DNA of 64,000 nt from the NCBI GenBank assembly GCA_965199855.1, contig OZ241326.1:1440001-1504000 (forward strand). Reading direction: 5' to 3'. The position numbers were made by a program, and so were the translations under genes. The stretch is from a bacterium. Lineage in GTDB: Bacteria; UBA8248. A model generated the notes under the pieces. The model was given only the letters and a program-made list of their open reading frames with translations. It did no database searches and was not told the origin of the DNA. Below are positions 19,088 through 27,317 of this stretch, in pieces (position 1 is the first letter of the stretch; each line of letters begins with the position of its first letter).

Positions 19088-21160
19088 ATGAATCGGCCGC
19101 GGCGGAAGAACCGTCTCGCGCAAGAGACGAGTCCATACCTTCTCCAGCACCAGAGCAATCCGGTGGATTGGCATCCCTGGGGGGAGGACGCGCTCCGCAA
19201 ATCCAGAGAGGAAAACAAGCCCATTTTCCTCTCCGTCGGCTACTCGGCGTGCCATTGGTGCCACGTGATGGAGCACGAGAGCTTCGAGAACGAGGAAATC
19301 GCCGGAATCCTGAACGAGCATTTCGTCTCCATCAAGGTGGATCGGGAGGAGCGTCCGGATATCGACGGCATCTACATGGAGGCGGTTCAGATGATGACGG
19401 GGCAGGGCGGCTGGCCCATGAGCGTCTTTCTGTTGCCGGATTTGAGGCCCTTCTTCGGGGGCACGTATTTCCCGCCCGACGACAAGTGGGGCAGGCCCGG
19501 CTTCAGGAACGTGCTCCTGAAGCTGGCCGAGGTCTATCGGACGAGACAGGAGGATTTGCGGGACAACGCGGAGAACATCACGGCGAACTTGCGGCGGATG
19601 GGGGCCGTTGCGCCCGCGTCGGGCGATTTGAAGGCGGACTGGCTGGAGCAGGCCGCGCGGGAGTTGAGGGAGCGATTTGATTCCTCCTGGGGCGGCTTCG
19701 GGCGCGCGCCGAAATTTCCGCCCTCCATGGCGCTGATGCTGCTTTTGAGAAAGTGGAGGCGAGGCCGGGATCAGGAATCGATGAAGATGGTCGAGGTGAC
19801 GCTTCAACGGATGGCGCTGGGCGGAATGTATGATCAACTGGGCGGCGGGTTTCACCGATACAGCGTGGATAACTACTGGCTTATCCCGCACTTCGAGAAG
19901 ATGCTTTATGACAACGCGCTGTTGTCGCGGGTCTATATCGAAGCCTTCCAGGCGACGGGAAGCTCGTTTTACCGCTCCGTGGCCGCCGATACCCTTGATT
20001 ACGTCCTGCGCGAGATGACGAGCCCCGGCGGCGGATTCTACGCGGCGCAGGACGCGGACAGCGAGGGAGAGGAGGGCAGATACTTCGTATGGCGGCCGGA
20101 GCAGATAGAGGAGATTCTCGGCAAGGACGAGGCGGACGTATTCTGCCGGTTCTACGGCGTGACGGAGGAGGGGAATTTCGAGGGGAAAGCCTCCGCCTTG
20201 TTCATTCAGAGGCCGCCCCGCGTTTTCGCCGAGGAGGAAGTAATCGAGGAAAGGGAGCTCCTGGGCATCCTGCAGAGGGGGCGCGCGAAACTCTTCGACG
20301 CGCGGGAGCGGCGCGTGAAGCCCGGCCTGGACGACAAGATTCTCACGAGCTGGAACGGACTCATGATCGGCTCGATGGCCCTGGCGGGCCGGGTTCTCGA
20401 ACATTCTCCCTACGTCGAGGAGGCGCGCAAGGCGGCGAATTTCATTCTCGGCAACGTGCGCGATGAGCGGGGCCTGCTGAGGAGCCATCGGCAGGGCGTG
20501 AGCAAATTCAACGGATATCTGGACGATTACGCCTTTTTGATAGCGGGCCTGGTGGATTTATACGAGGCGACCTTCGAACCCGGCTGGATTCGCGCGGCCT
20601 CGGGCCTGGCGCGGGAGATGATAGCGCGGTATTGGGATGAGGAGGGAGGCGCGTTCTTCTTTACCGCTCATGATCACGAGCGGCTCATCGTCAGGAAGAA
20701 GATGACGCAGGACGGCGCCGTCCCGAGCGGGAATTCCATGGCGGCGCTCGGCTTGCTGAAACTGGCTCGCCTGTCGGGGGAGGCGGAGTTCGCTGAGCGC
20801 GGCGAGGGCGTTTTGCGCTCGTTCGGCGAGTATCTGGGCCGCGCGCCGGCCGCCTTTCACATGATGCTTGTGGCGCTCGACTTCCATCTCGCTGCGCCCA
20901 TGGAGGTGGCGATTGTCGGCGATCGGGGCGCGGAGGACACGCGCGCGGTGCTCCGGGCCGTCGCCTCCAGCTTCCTTCCCAACGCGGTTCTGGCCCTGAA
21001 GCCGGAATCGGCGGCCGGGGAGGCGGACGCCGCGGTGCCCCTGTTGCGCGGCAAATCCATGGTGGGCGGCCGGGCCGCCGCGTATCTATGCGAGAATTTC
21101 GCGTGCAAGGAGCCGCTCACGGACATGAGCGCGCTTGCGGAGGCGCTCCGGGGAAGCTGA
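19088..21160 (+). CDS. YyaL/SSP411 family thioredoxin-domain protein
   Basis: SPYLLQH, CHWCHVM, DREERPD and PHFEKMLYD motifs. Confidence 0.92.
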   Translation: MNRPRRKNRLAQETSPYLLQHQSNPVDWHPWGEDALRKSREENKPIFLSVGYSACHWCHVMEHESFENEEIAGILNEHFVSIKVDREERPDIDGIYMEAVQMMTGQGGWPMSVFLLPDLRPFFGGTYFPPDDKWGRPGFRNVLLKLAEVYRTRQEDLRDNAENITANLRRMGAVAPASGDLKADWLEQAARELRERFDSSWGGFGRAPKFPPSMALMLLLRKWRRGRDQESMKMVEVTLQRMALGGMYDQLGGGFHRYSVDNYWLIPHFEKMLYDNALLSRVYIEAFQATGSSFYRSVAADTLDYVLREMTSPGGGFYAAQDADSEGEEGRYFVWRPEQIEEILGKDEADVFCRFYGVTEEGNFEGKASALFIQRPPRVFAEEEVIEERELLGILQRGRAKLFDARERRVKPGLDDKILTSWNGLMIGSMALAGRVLEHSPYVEEARKAANFILGNVRDERGLLRSHRQGVSKFNGYLDDYAFLIAGLVDLYEATFEPGWIRAASGLAREMIARYWDEEGGAFFFTAHDHERLIVRKKMTQDGAVPSGNSMAALGLLKLARLSGEAEFAERGEGVLRSFGEYLGRAPAAFHMMLVALDFHLAAPMEVAIVGDRGAEDTRAVLRAVASSFLPNAVLALKPESAAGEADAAVPLLRGKSMVGGRAAAYLCENFACKEPLTDMSALAEALRGS

Positions 21161-21165
21161 GCCGC

Positions 21166-21819
21166 TCACTTCGTCCGCACGACGAACGCCCCGTATCCGT
21201 TGCGCCGCAGCTCTTTCGCCAGCCTCCTGGCTTCTCCCTCCTCGCCCATGTCTCTGATCTGCACGTGGTAGTGCGCGTGGTTTCCGTGCCAGCCGGTCCG
21301 GATGCGCGCGGCCGCTCCGTTGCGGTCGAAGTAGTCGGCGAACTCCTGCGCCTCTGTTTTTCGCGTGAAGCCGCCCGCCAGGATCATCCACTTCGGGTCG
21401 GGCGCCCGGGGAACGCGGAGCGGTTCGAGCGAGACGCGCGCCGTGCCGCTGCGCAGGATGCCGATTCTCCGGGCGGCCTCTCTCGAGAGATCGATGACGC
21501 GGTTCGAGACGAAGGGGCCGCGATCGTTGATTCGCACCTCGACCTCCCGCCCGTCGTCGCTTCTGCGCACCCGCACCATGGACTGAAAGGGCAGCGTGCG
21601 GTGCGCGGCCGTGAGCGCATGCATATCGTAGATTTCGCCGTTCGCCGTTTTGCGTCCGTGGTAGGGGTTTCCATACCAGGAGGCGACGCCGCGCAGGTCC
21701 TCATGCGGAAGATGGCGTCCCATCGGCGCGGGCTGGAAGGCGCAGCCGCCCGAAAGAGCGAGCCAGGCGAGAAGAGCGAGGGCTTTCGATGCCGGGAAGC
21801 GGGCGTTTCTCGTATTCAT
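21166..21819 (-). CDS. rlpA: Septal ring lytic transglycosylase RlpA (DPBB + SPOR), lipoprotein
   Basis: ASWYG, TANGE, TAAHRTLP, INDRGPF and IDLS motifs; lipobox LSGGC. Confidence 0.9.
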   Translation of the reverse strand: MNTRNARFPASKALALLAWLALSGGCAFQPAPMGRHLPHEDLRGVASWYGNPYHGRKTANGEIYDMHALTAAHRTLPFQSMVRVRRSDDGREVEVRINDRGPFVSNRVIDLSREAARRIGILRSGTARVSLEPLRVPRAPDPKWMILAGGFTRKTEAQEFADYFDRNGAAARIRTGWHGNHAHYHVQIRDMGEEGEARRLAKELRRNGYGAFVVRTK

Positions 21820-21859
21820 TCAGGATATATCCGGGGCGGAGCCTCTGAATCCGGCAAGC

Positions 21860-21868
21860 ATTATACCA
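21860..21868 (-). promoter_or_regulatory. Extended -10 element upstream of rlpA
   Basis: TGGTATAAT on the minus strand about 40 nt before the start. Confidence 0.5.
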
Positions 21869-22096
21869 TCTCCCTCCGGCGGCGCCAGGCGGAGCAAGCC
21901 GCGCGCCTCCGGGGTTTTTCGCCGGCCTCTTGACGCCCCGAAAACGGAGATTTCTCCTGAAAATCGCACGATGCGCGCGTTTGCGCGCACCTGCCCGCAT
22001 TTTCGGTCGCGCCGGAGCGTCCCGGGCGGGTTATATTCCGGGTGCGGGAAGGACGCGCGCCCGGACGGAGGGAACCAGAACGAATCGGGGGGCTGG

Positions 22097-22200
22097 AAAG
22101 TGATCGTCAAAATGATCGTCAAAATGGTCGGAAAATGGTCGTCAAAAGGGCTGGAAATGGTCGGGAATTTGTCGATATTGGCCGTGAATTTGCGGAAATT
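22097..22200. repeat. Degenerate 11-12 bp tandem repeat (about 10 units) with phased A/T tracts
   Basis: Units aaagtgatcgtc aaaatgatcgtc aaaatggtcgg aaaatggtcgtc aaaagggctgg aaatggtcggg. Tracts start at 22097, 22109, 22121, 22132, 22144, 22155 and 22166. Confidence 0.75.
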
Positions 22201-22249
22201 CGCCCGATTGGCCCGGCGTCCGCAGGAAGCGGCAAGCCGCGGCTTCGGG

Positions 22250-22891
22250 CTAGCCCCGGTATTTCGCAAAAGTCTCGCCGATGCTCGCGCCTTTTTCGAG
22301 TTCCGAGGTGATTTTCTCTTCGATTTCGGCCAGTTCATCCATTTTTTCGATGACTTCCCCGAGTCGTTCCCTGGGAATTACGACCACGCCGTTGACGTCT
22401 CCCAGAATGAAGTCGCCCTGCCGCACCGCGGCGCCTCCGCAGTTGATGGGCTCTCCCACGCTGCCGGGAACCGTGTATCCGCCGCTGCCGTGAACCGATA
22501 CGCCCCTGGCGAACACGGGGAAGCCCATGCGCCGGTGCTCCTCGATGTCTCTGGCTCTCCCGTCCAGCGCGACGCCGCCCAGCTTCATCGCCCGCGCCCG
22601 CGCGCTCATCATGCCGCCCCAGTTGGCCGTCGTCGCGCCGGAGGGGACGCTGATGACGACGACGCTCCCCTCGGCGGCCGCGTCGATGTGGTGCGTCCCG
22701 CGCCTGGGCAGGGGGCCGCCGCCGGCGGGAATCATCTGAACCGTATGGGCCTCTCCAGCCATCCGGCAATCGTCATCCGGCGACAGCAGGGCGATGTCGG
22801 GCATGTGCCCCCGGATGTTCAGCTTGTCGAAAGCGTCCGCCGCCTGGCAGGTGGAATAGCGCTTCAGGCGCTTCGTCAAATCGTTGCTCAC
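22250..22891 (-). CDS. RraA / HMG aldolase family protein
   Basis: ANWGGMM, DGRARD and GDVNGVVVIP motifs. Confidence 0.88.
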   Translation of the reverse strand: MSNDLTKRLKRYSTCQAADAFDKLNIRGHMPDIALLSPDDDCRMAGEAHTVQMIPAGGGPLPRRGTHHIDAAAEGSVVVISVPSGATTANWGGMMSARARAMKLGGVALDGRARDIEEHRRMGFPVFARGVSVHGSGGYTVPGSVGEPINCGGAAVRQGDFILGDVNGVVVIPRERLGEVIEKMDELAEIEEKITSELEKGASIGETFAKYRG

Positions 22892-22969
22892 GGGTTTCTC
22901 CTGAATCCTCGCGCGAAGAGCCCCCGGCGGGAGGCGCGCATGAGGCGATTGCGGGAAGGCCGCGGGCGC

Positions 22970-23726
22970 CTATGCGCGAAATTCCAAAAAGCGCGCGCCC
23001 TCCGGGTCGAGTTCCTCCAGAGCCTTCAAGCTCGTCCGCGCTCGGCGGAGGGGTTTGCGCCACGACGCCCGGGCGATGCAGGTCGAAGCCTGTTTTCTCG
23101 ATCACCTCGTCCATCGAATGGCCGGCGTGAACGCTGGCGACTTCAAGCCCCGTCGGTTTTTTCTCGAACACGGCGATGGGCGTCACCACGTGGCTCAGGC
23201 TCCCGGATTGCGTCGAAAAATCGACTTTGGGCACGAGAAATCGCCTGTCGTGCGTCGTTCGCGCGATGATGGTTCGCTTTACTCGCGGCATGATGACGGC
23301 GCCTCCCCCTCCGCCGGGAAGCCTCACCTTCGGCCGGAGCGGGTCGCCGATGTAGCTCATGTTGGCCCGTCCCTGCTTGTCGAGCTGGGCCGCGCCCAGA
23401 AAGGCCGCGTCCGCCTCGCCGCGCGCGAAAAGATCGTAGATGTCCGGGTTCGAGAACAGCGCGGCGGCGCCATGGCAGAGCTCGGAGTCCACCGTGCTGG
23501 CCGGCATGAAGCGGGGCTTCGGGTCCACGGAGCCCGCGACTTCCATGAGCGCGCAGTTGGGCGCGTGAAGCTTCTTCGCCAGGAAAATCGCGACCATGGG
23601 GAGCGCGCAGTTGGCCCCGTGGAACACCTTTTCGCCGTCTTCGATGAGGCGAGCCAGCGTGACGGCCATCTGGTTGCCGGCGCGAACCACGCGCTCGGGC
23701 GGCGATGCGCGGCGGGCGCCCATCAT
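22970..23726 (-). CDS. CoA-transferase family I (GctB-like) beta subunit, with apparent +1 frameshift near 23025
   Basis: FLGAAQLDKQGRAN, RLPGGGG, HDRRFLV.KVDF and VIEKTGF motifs. The family-like tail ALEELDPEG...RA* is in another frame and ends at 22970. Confidence 0.8.
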
Positions 23727-24550
23727 CCCCGGGCCGCGCCCCGCGCGGGCGCTTTCCCGGCGCTCGCGAGATATTCCCGAAGCCCGCTCTCGCTCCGCGT
23801 CAAAGCCATGTAGCGGCGCATCTCCTCTTTGTCCACCCCGTAGTATGGGTGGCAGCTGCAGGGAGACGCGCCGCCCGGCGCTTCGACGACCGCCTTGACG
23901 AGAAAGCCGGGGATGCTCGTTCTCTCGGGTTCCGACGCGATTTCCCCGGGCGCGGCGATTCGCTCCGCCGTGAGAATCACCCCTTTTCGCGCCGCGCGCG
24001 TCATCTCGACGTCATAATGCCTGTTTCCCAGAATCCGGGCGTTGCCCTGCGCGTCCGACATCTGGACGTGGATCAGCGCCCAGTCCGGCTTCAGGGCGGG
24101 GATCGCGTGGAGCTCCTCGTTCGTGTAGGGGTCCCGGATCGTGAAGATGCCGCTTTGCTCCGGAATGTCGCTCCCCTCGAAGCCGCGGATGGGCTGGAAG
24201 GGAACGCCGTAGGCTGCGGCCCGCAGCCCGGCGAGAACGCTGGCTCAGGCGTGCTCGGTGAGGCCGGTCATCCCTTTCTCTATCGCCTTGCGATAGTTGG
24301 GCGCCAGCCCGAATTCCGCCTCGAAGGTGACGATGCCGCTGACGACCCTCCCGAGCGCGCCCGCGGCGCAAAGAAGGTCGGCGTCGTAGCCCGGCGAGGG
24401 CTTGATGAGCGTCAGGCGCCGAAGCCCCGCGCGCGCGATTTCCCGCGCGAGCGCGGCGGGCGTTCTGTGCAGAAGGGTGCCGCCGACGCTGATGGCGTCT
24501 CCGTCCTCGATGAGGGAGACGGCCTGCCGCAGGGAGGTTTGCTTGTTCAC
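23723..24550 (-). CDS. CoA-transferase family I (GctA-like) alpha subunit, probable selenoprotein (TGA at 24245-24247)
   Basis: Continuous 276-codon frame with one internal TGA: ...LTEHA-U-ASVLAGLRAAAYGVPFQP...DPYT...PALKPDWALIHVQ..D..GNA...PCSCHPYY. A SECIS-like hairpin follows the TGA. Confidence 0.85.
24205..24233 (-). promoter_or_regulatory. Bacterial SECIS-like stem-loop
   Basis: After an 11-nt spacer from the UGA: CGCCG-GGCUGC(GGGCC)GCAGCC-UA-CGGCG, with G residues at +23 to +25 in the apical loop. Confidence 0.75.
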
Positions 24551-24778
24551 GGTCGCTCCTCGTCCGGTCGTTCGAGGCTCATGCGGCGCGTTGAAAAATC
24601 CACGATGCCGCAGTCTAGCACAAGAAGGCGCTTCGCGCCTCCCGTCTTTCACGTTCGCCGCCGGGCGGCTTCGCGGGGTTCATTGACCGCGAACGTCGGG
24701 ATGGCGTAAATATCGCTGAAGCGAAGAGTTTTTATGGGCGGCATGTCCATCCGCGTGAATCCATCGAAAGGGCGTGAA

Positions 24779-25291
24779 ATGGCGCGAATTTCCCAGGTTG
24801 AGCCGGAACGGGCCGAAGCGGCCGCGAAGCGCATCATGGAGAATCTGCAAAAGCAGTTCGGCGTGGTCATTCCCCCGGTGAAGGCGCTGGCCCACAAGCC
24901 GGATTTTTTGCGCTCCCTGCTGAGCCTGACCACGGTGGCGGACGGCCCGGGGGAAATCTCCGTCGGCTTCAAGGAAGTCCTGAACATTCGCGCGTCGGTG
25001 CTCAACGGGTGTCATTTCTGCGTGAACATGCACTCGAACATGGCGAGAATGCGCGAGGTGGACGACGAGAGGACGAAAGCGGCGCGGGAGGGCTCCGCCA
25101 GCGATCTCTTCGATGAGAAGGAAAAGGCGGCACTTCGCCTTTGCGAGGAAAGCACGCGGGGGGTGCGCGTTTCGGACGAGACGTTCGAGGCGCTGAAGGC
25201 GCACTATTCGGAAGCGCAGATTGTGGAGCTTCTCGGCGCCGTCGCGCTCATCAACGCCTGGAATCGCCTCATCGTGGGAATGGGCTTTTAG
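24779..25291 (+). CDS. Carboxymuconolactone decarboxylase/AhpD family protein
   Basis: NGCHFCVNMH (CxxCxxxH), and IVEL...INAWNR at the C-terminus. Confidence 0.88.
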   Translation: MARISQVEPERAEAAAKRIMENLQKQFGVVIPPVKALAHKPDFLRSLLSLTTVADGPGEISVGFKEVLNIRASVLNGCHFCVNMHSNMARMREVDDERTKAAREGSASDLFDEKEKAALRLCEESTRGVRVSDETFEALKAHYSEAQIVELLGAVALINAWNRLIVGMGF

Positions 25292-25324
25292 GCGGGCCCG
25301 TCCGCGCATGGCTTCGGGGGAGGC

Positions 25325-26503
25325 TTAGAGGCTCAGCGCCGCCCGGCTCACCGTGAGCTCCGTTTCTCCCAGAATCTCGGATGAGGTGAGTTTTCCGCTC
25401 ATCACGTCGATCAGTTCCTTTTCGAGCAAGTCCCGCGCCTCGCGGACGCGCATGGCGCCTTCCATGACGCCGCTGATGTCCACGTCGATGTTCTCGGCCA
25501 TCGTCCGGGCGGTTCGGGGGTTTCCGGTCACCTTGACGGTGGGAGAGATGGGGTGTCCGATGGGGTTTCCGATGCCCGTCGAGAAGAGGATCGCCTGCGC
25601 GCCGCTCGCCGCGAGGGAGGTGAGGTTCTCCACGCCGGCGCAGGGGGCGTCGGCGAAGATGACGCCTCGCTTCGAGGGGCGCTCGCCCACGCCGACGACC
25701 TCGACGATGGGGTGGCGGCCCGCCTTCTTGACGGCGCCCAGGCTTTTTTCCTCGATGGAGGAGAGCCCGCCCCGGATGTTGTCCGGCGCCGGATTCGAGC
25801 CGATGAAATCGACGCCGAGGCTTTCGGCGTAATCGACGGCGCGCTTCGCCGAGGCGACGATTCTGCGGGCCGTTTTTCTGTCCGCGGCCCTGCGCGCGAG
25901 AAGGTGCTCGGCGCCCACGATTTCCAGCGTCTCGGAAAAGATGACCGAGCCGCCCGCTTCCACGACCCTGTCGGCGACCATCCCCGTCACGGGATTCGAG
26001 ATGACGCCGCTGGTGGCGTCCGACCCTCCGCATTCGGCGCCGATGGTGAGTTCGCCCAGCTCGCAGCGAACGCGCCTGGCGGACGCGATGTGCCGCGATA
26101 GCCCGGCGGCGAGCTCGACGACGCGGGAGGCGGCGCCGAGCGTGCCCCCGGTTTGCTGGATGTTCACGGACTCGATCGGCATCCAGGGAGAGGCCCTCGC
26201 CGCCGCTTCGGCGATGGCGTCCGCGCTCCTGGGTTCGAGGCTGACGACGATGGCGGCCCCTACGTTCGGGTGGGCGGCGGTGTGCCCCATCACCCGCCAG
26301 TGCTGCGCCTCGTCCTCGCCCATCAGCGCGCGTCCGAACGACGTGTTGACGGGGGTGGCGCCGCGCGCCAGCGCGCCGATTCTGCGGACGATGGGGTTTG
26401 AATTGTCCATCCCGCTGACGATGGCGAGATGATTCCGGCCGCCCGGCGGGCCCTGGGGTCTCCTGTAGCCCCAGAAGACGGGCGTCCCCCTTTTCCCCGG
26501 CAC
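25325..26503 (-). CDS. UxaA/SuyB family lyase large subunit (sulfolactate sulfo-lyase-like)
   Basis: GRNH, HPNVGA, ECGGSDATSG, NP, SET, GGLSSIEEKSLG and FSTG motifs. Confidence 0.85.
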   Translation of the reverse strand: MPGKRGTPVFWGYRRPQGPPGGRNHLAIVSGMDNSNPIVRRIGALARGATPVNTSFGRALMGEDEAQHWRVMGHTAAHPNVGAAIVVSLEPRSADAIAEAAARASPWMPIESVNIQQTGGTLGAASRVVELAAGLSRHIASARRVRCELGELTIGAECGGSDATSGVISNPVTGMVADRVVEAGGSVIFSETLEIVGAEHLLARRAADRKTARRIVASAKRAVDYAESLGVDFIGSNPAPDNIRGGLSSIEEKSLGAVKKAGRHPIVEVVGVGERPSKRGVIFADAPCAGVENLTSLAASGAQAILFSTGIGNPIGHPISPTVKVTGNPRTARTMAENIDVDISGVMEGAMRVREARDLLEKELIDVMSGKLTSSEILGETELTVSRAALSL

Positions 26504-26505
26504 GC

Positions 26506-26799
26506 TCAGCCTCTGGCGCTCTTGATGTTGTGGACGTGAACATGGGCGCCTTTGGGGATGTTCCGCGTGGCGGAGCCGATGACCTCGCCGTATTTCCGCA
26601 CTTTCGCGTTGGCGGGTATTTTTTTCAGCGCGATCTTATGCCCGAAGGGAACGGCTTCCGCCGCCCGGATCGTCCAGGTTTCCTCGCCGCCTTCGATTTC
26701 CACGCCGCGCCCGGGCGCGACGTCCGCGAGCGCCGTGGCCACGTTGTCCTTCGGGTGCATCGCCAGCGCGCGGCTTACCGGGGCGGCCTCCTCGCTCAT
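26506..26799 (-). CDS. UxaA/SuyA family SAF-domain small subunit
   Basis: HPKDNVA, PFGHKIAL, KYGEVIG and HVHVHNIKS motifs. Confidence 0.88.
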   Translation of the reverse strand: MSEEAAPVSRALAMHPKDNVATALADVAPGRGVEIEGGEETWTIRAAEAVPFGHKIALKKIPANAKVRKYGEVIGSATRNIPKGAHVHVHNIKSARG

Positions 26800-27140
26800 T
26801 CCGCCCCGCCGCTCTCGACGTTTCCGGGCAGCCTGAGCCGCAGCCGCTCGACGGGGCGTCCGTTTTTCAGGTGCTCCTCCACGAGTTCGGGAACGTCCTC
26901 CACCTTGACGCCCGTGTACCAGACGCCCTCTGGATAGACGACCAGCGTCGGGCCCATCGTGCAGGGACCCAGGCAGGTGGCGCCCGCCATGGCGGTATCG
27001 GCCGAGAGGTCGCCGGAGCCGATCGCCTCCGTGATGGCCTGCGCGACTTCGATGCTGCCCTTGCTCTGGCAGCAGCCCATCGGGTGAGTCGGCGGACGCT
27101 GGTTGATGCAGACGAAAACGTGCCTTTTGATGTGTTCCAC
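26796..27140 (-). CDS. Thioredoxin-like [2Fe-2S] ferredoxin
   Basis: HVFVC...CC...CLGPC..GP..VVYPEGVWY. Confidence 0.9.
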   Translation of the reverse strand: MEHIKRHVFVCINQRPPTHPMGCCQSKGSIEVAQAITEAIGSGDLSADTAMAGATCLGPCTMGPTLVVYPEGVWYTGVKVEDVPELVEEHLKNGRPVERLRLRLPGNVESGGAE

Positions 27141-27317
27141 GGCTCACCCTCTTTTCGGACGCGGGACGCTCTCTCACGGGGTTTTCGCGGGCAAGGCGCG
27201 CCCGCCTGCCCGACGCCGCCTCTCGATGACTTTGACGAAGGGGGATGATACGCTCCACCCGCCGGAAGTCAAGCGATTCGCCTCCTCCTCGCCGGTTCGG
27301 GAAAAATTCAGGGCGAT

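Noticed and set aside
22097-22200. CRISPR array
   Set aside because: The units are 11-12 bp with no unique spacers, and there are no cas genes.
25015-25035. Additional Sec codons in nearby redox genes (AhpD, ferredoxin, DsbA, AOR)
   Set aside because: Their motifs use ordinary Cys codons and their frames are uninterrupted.
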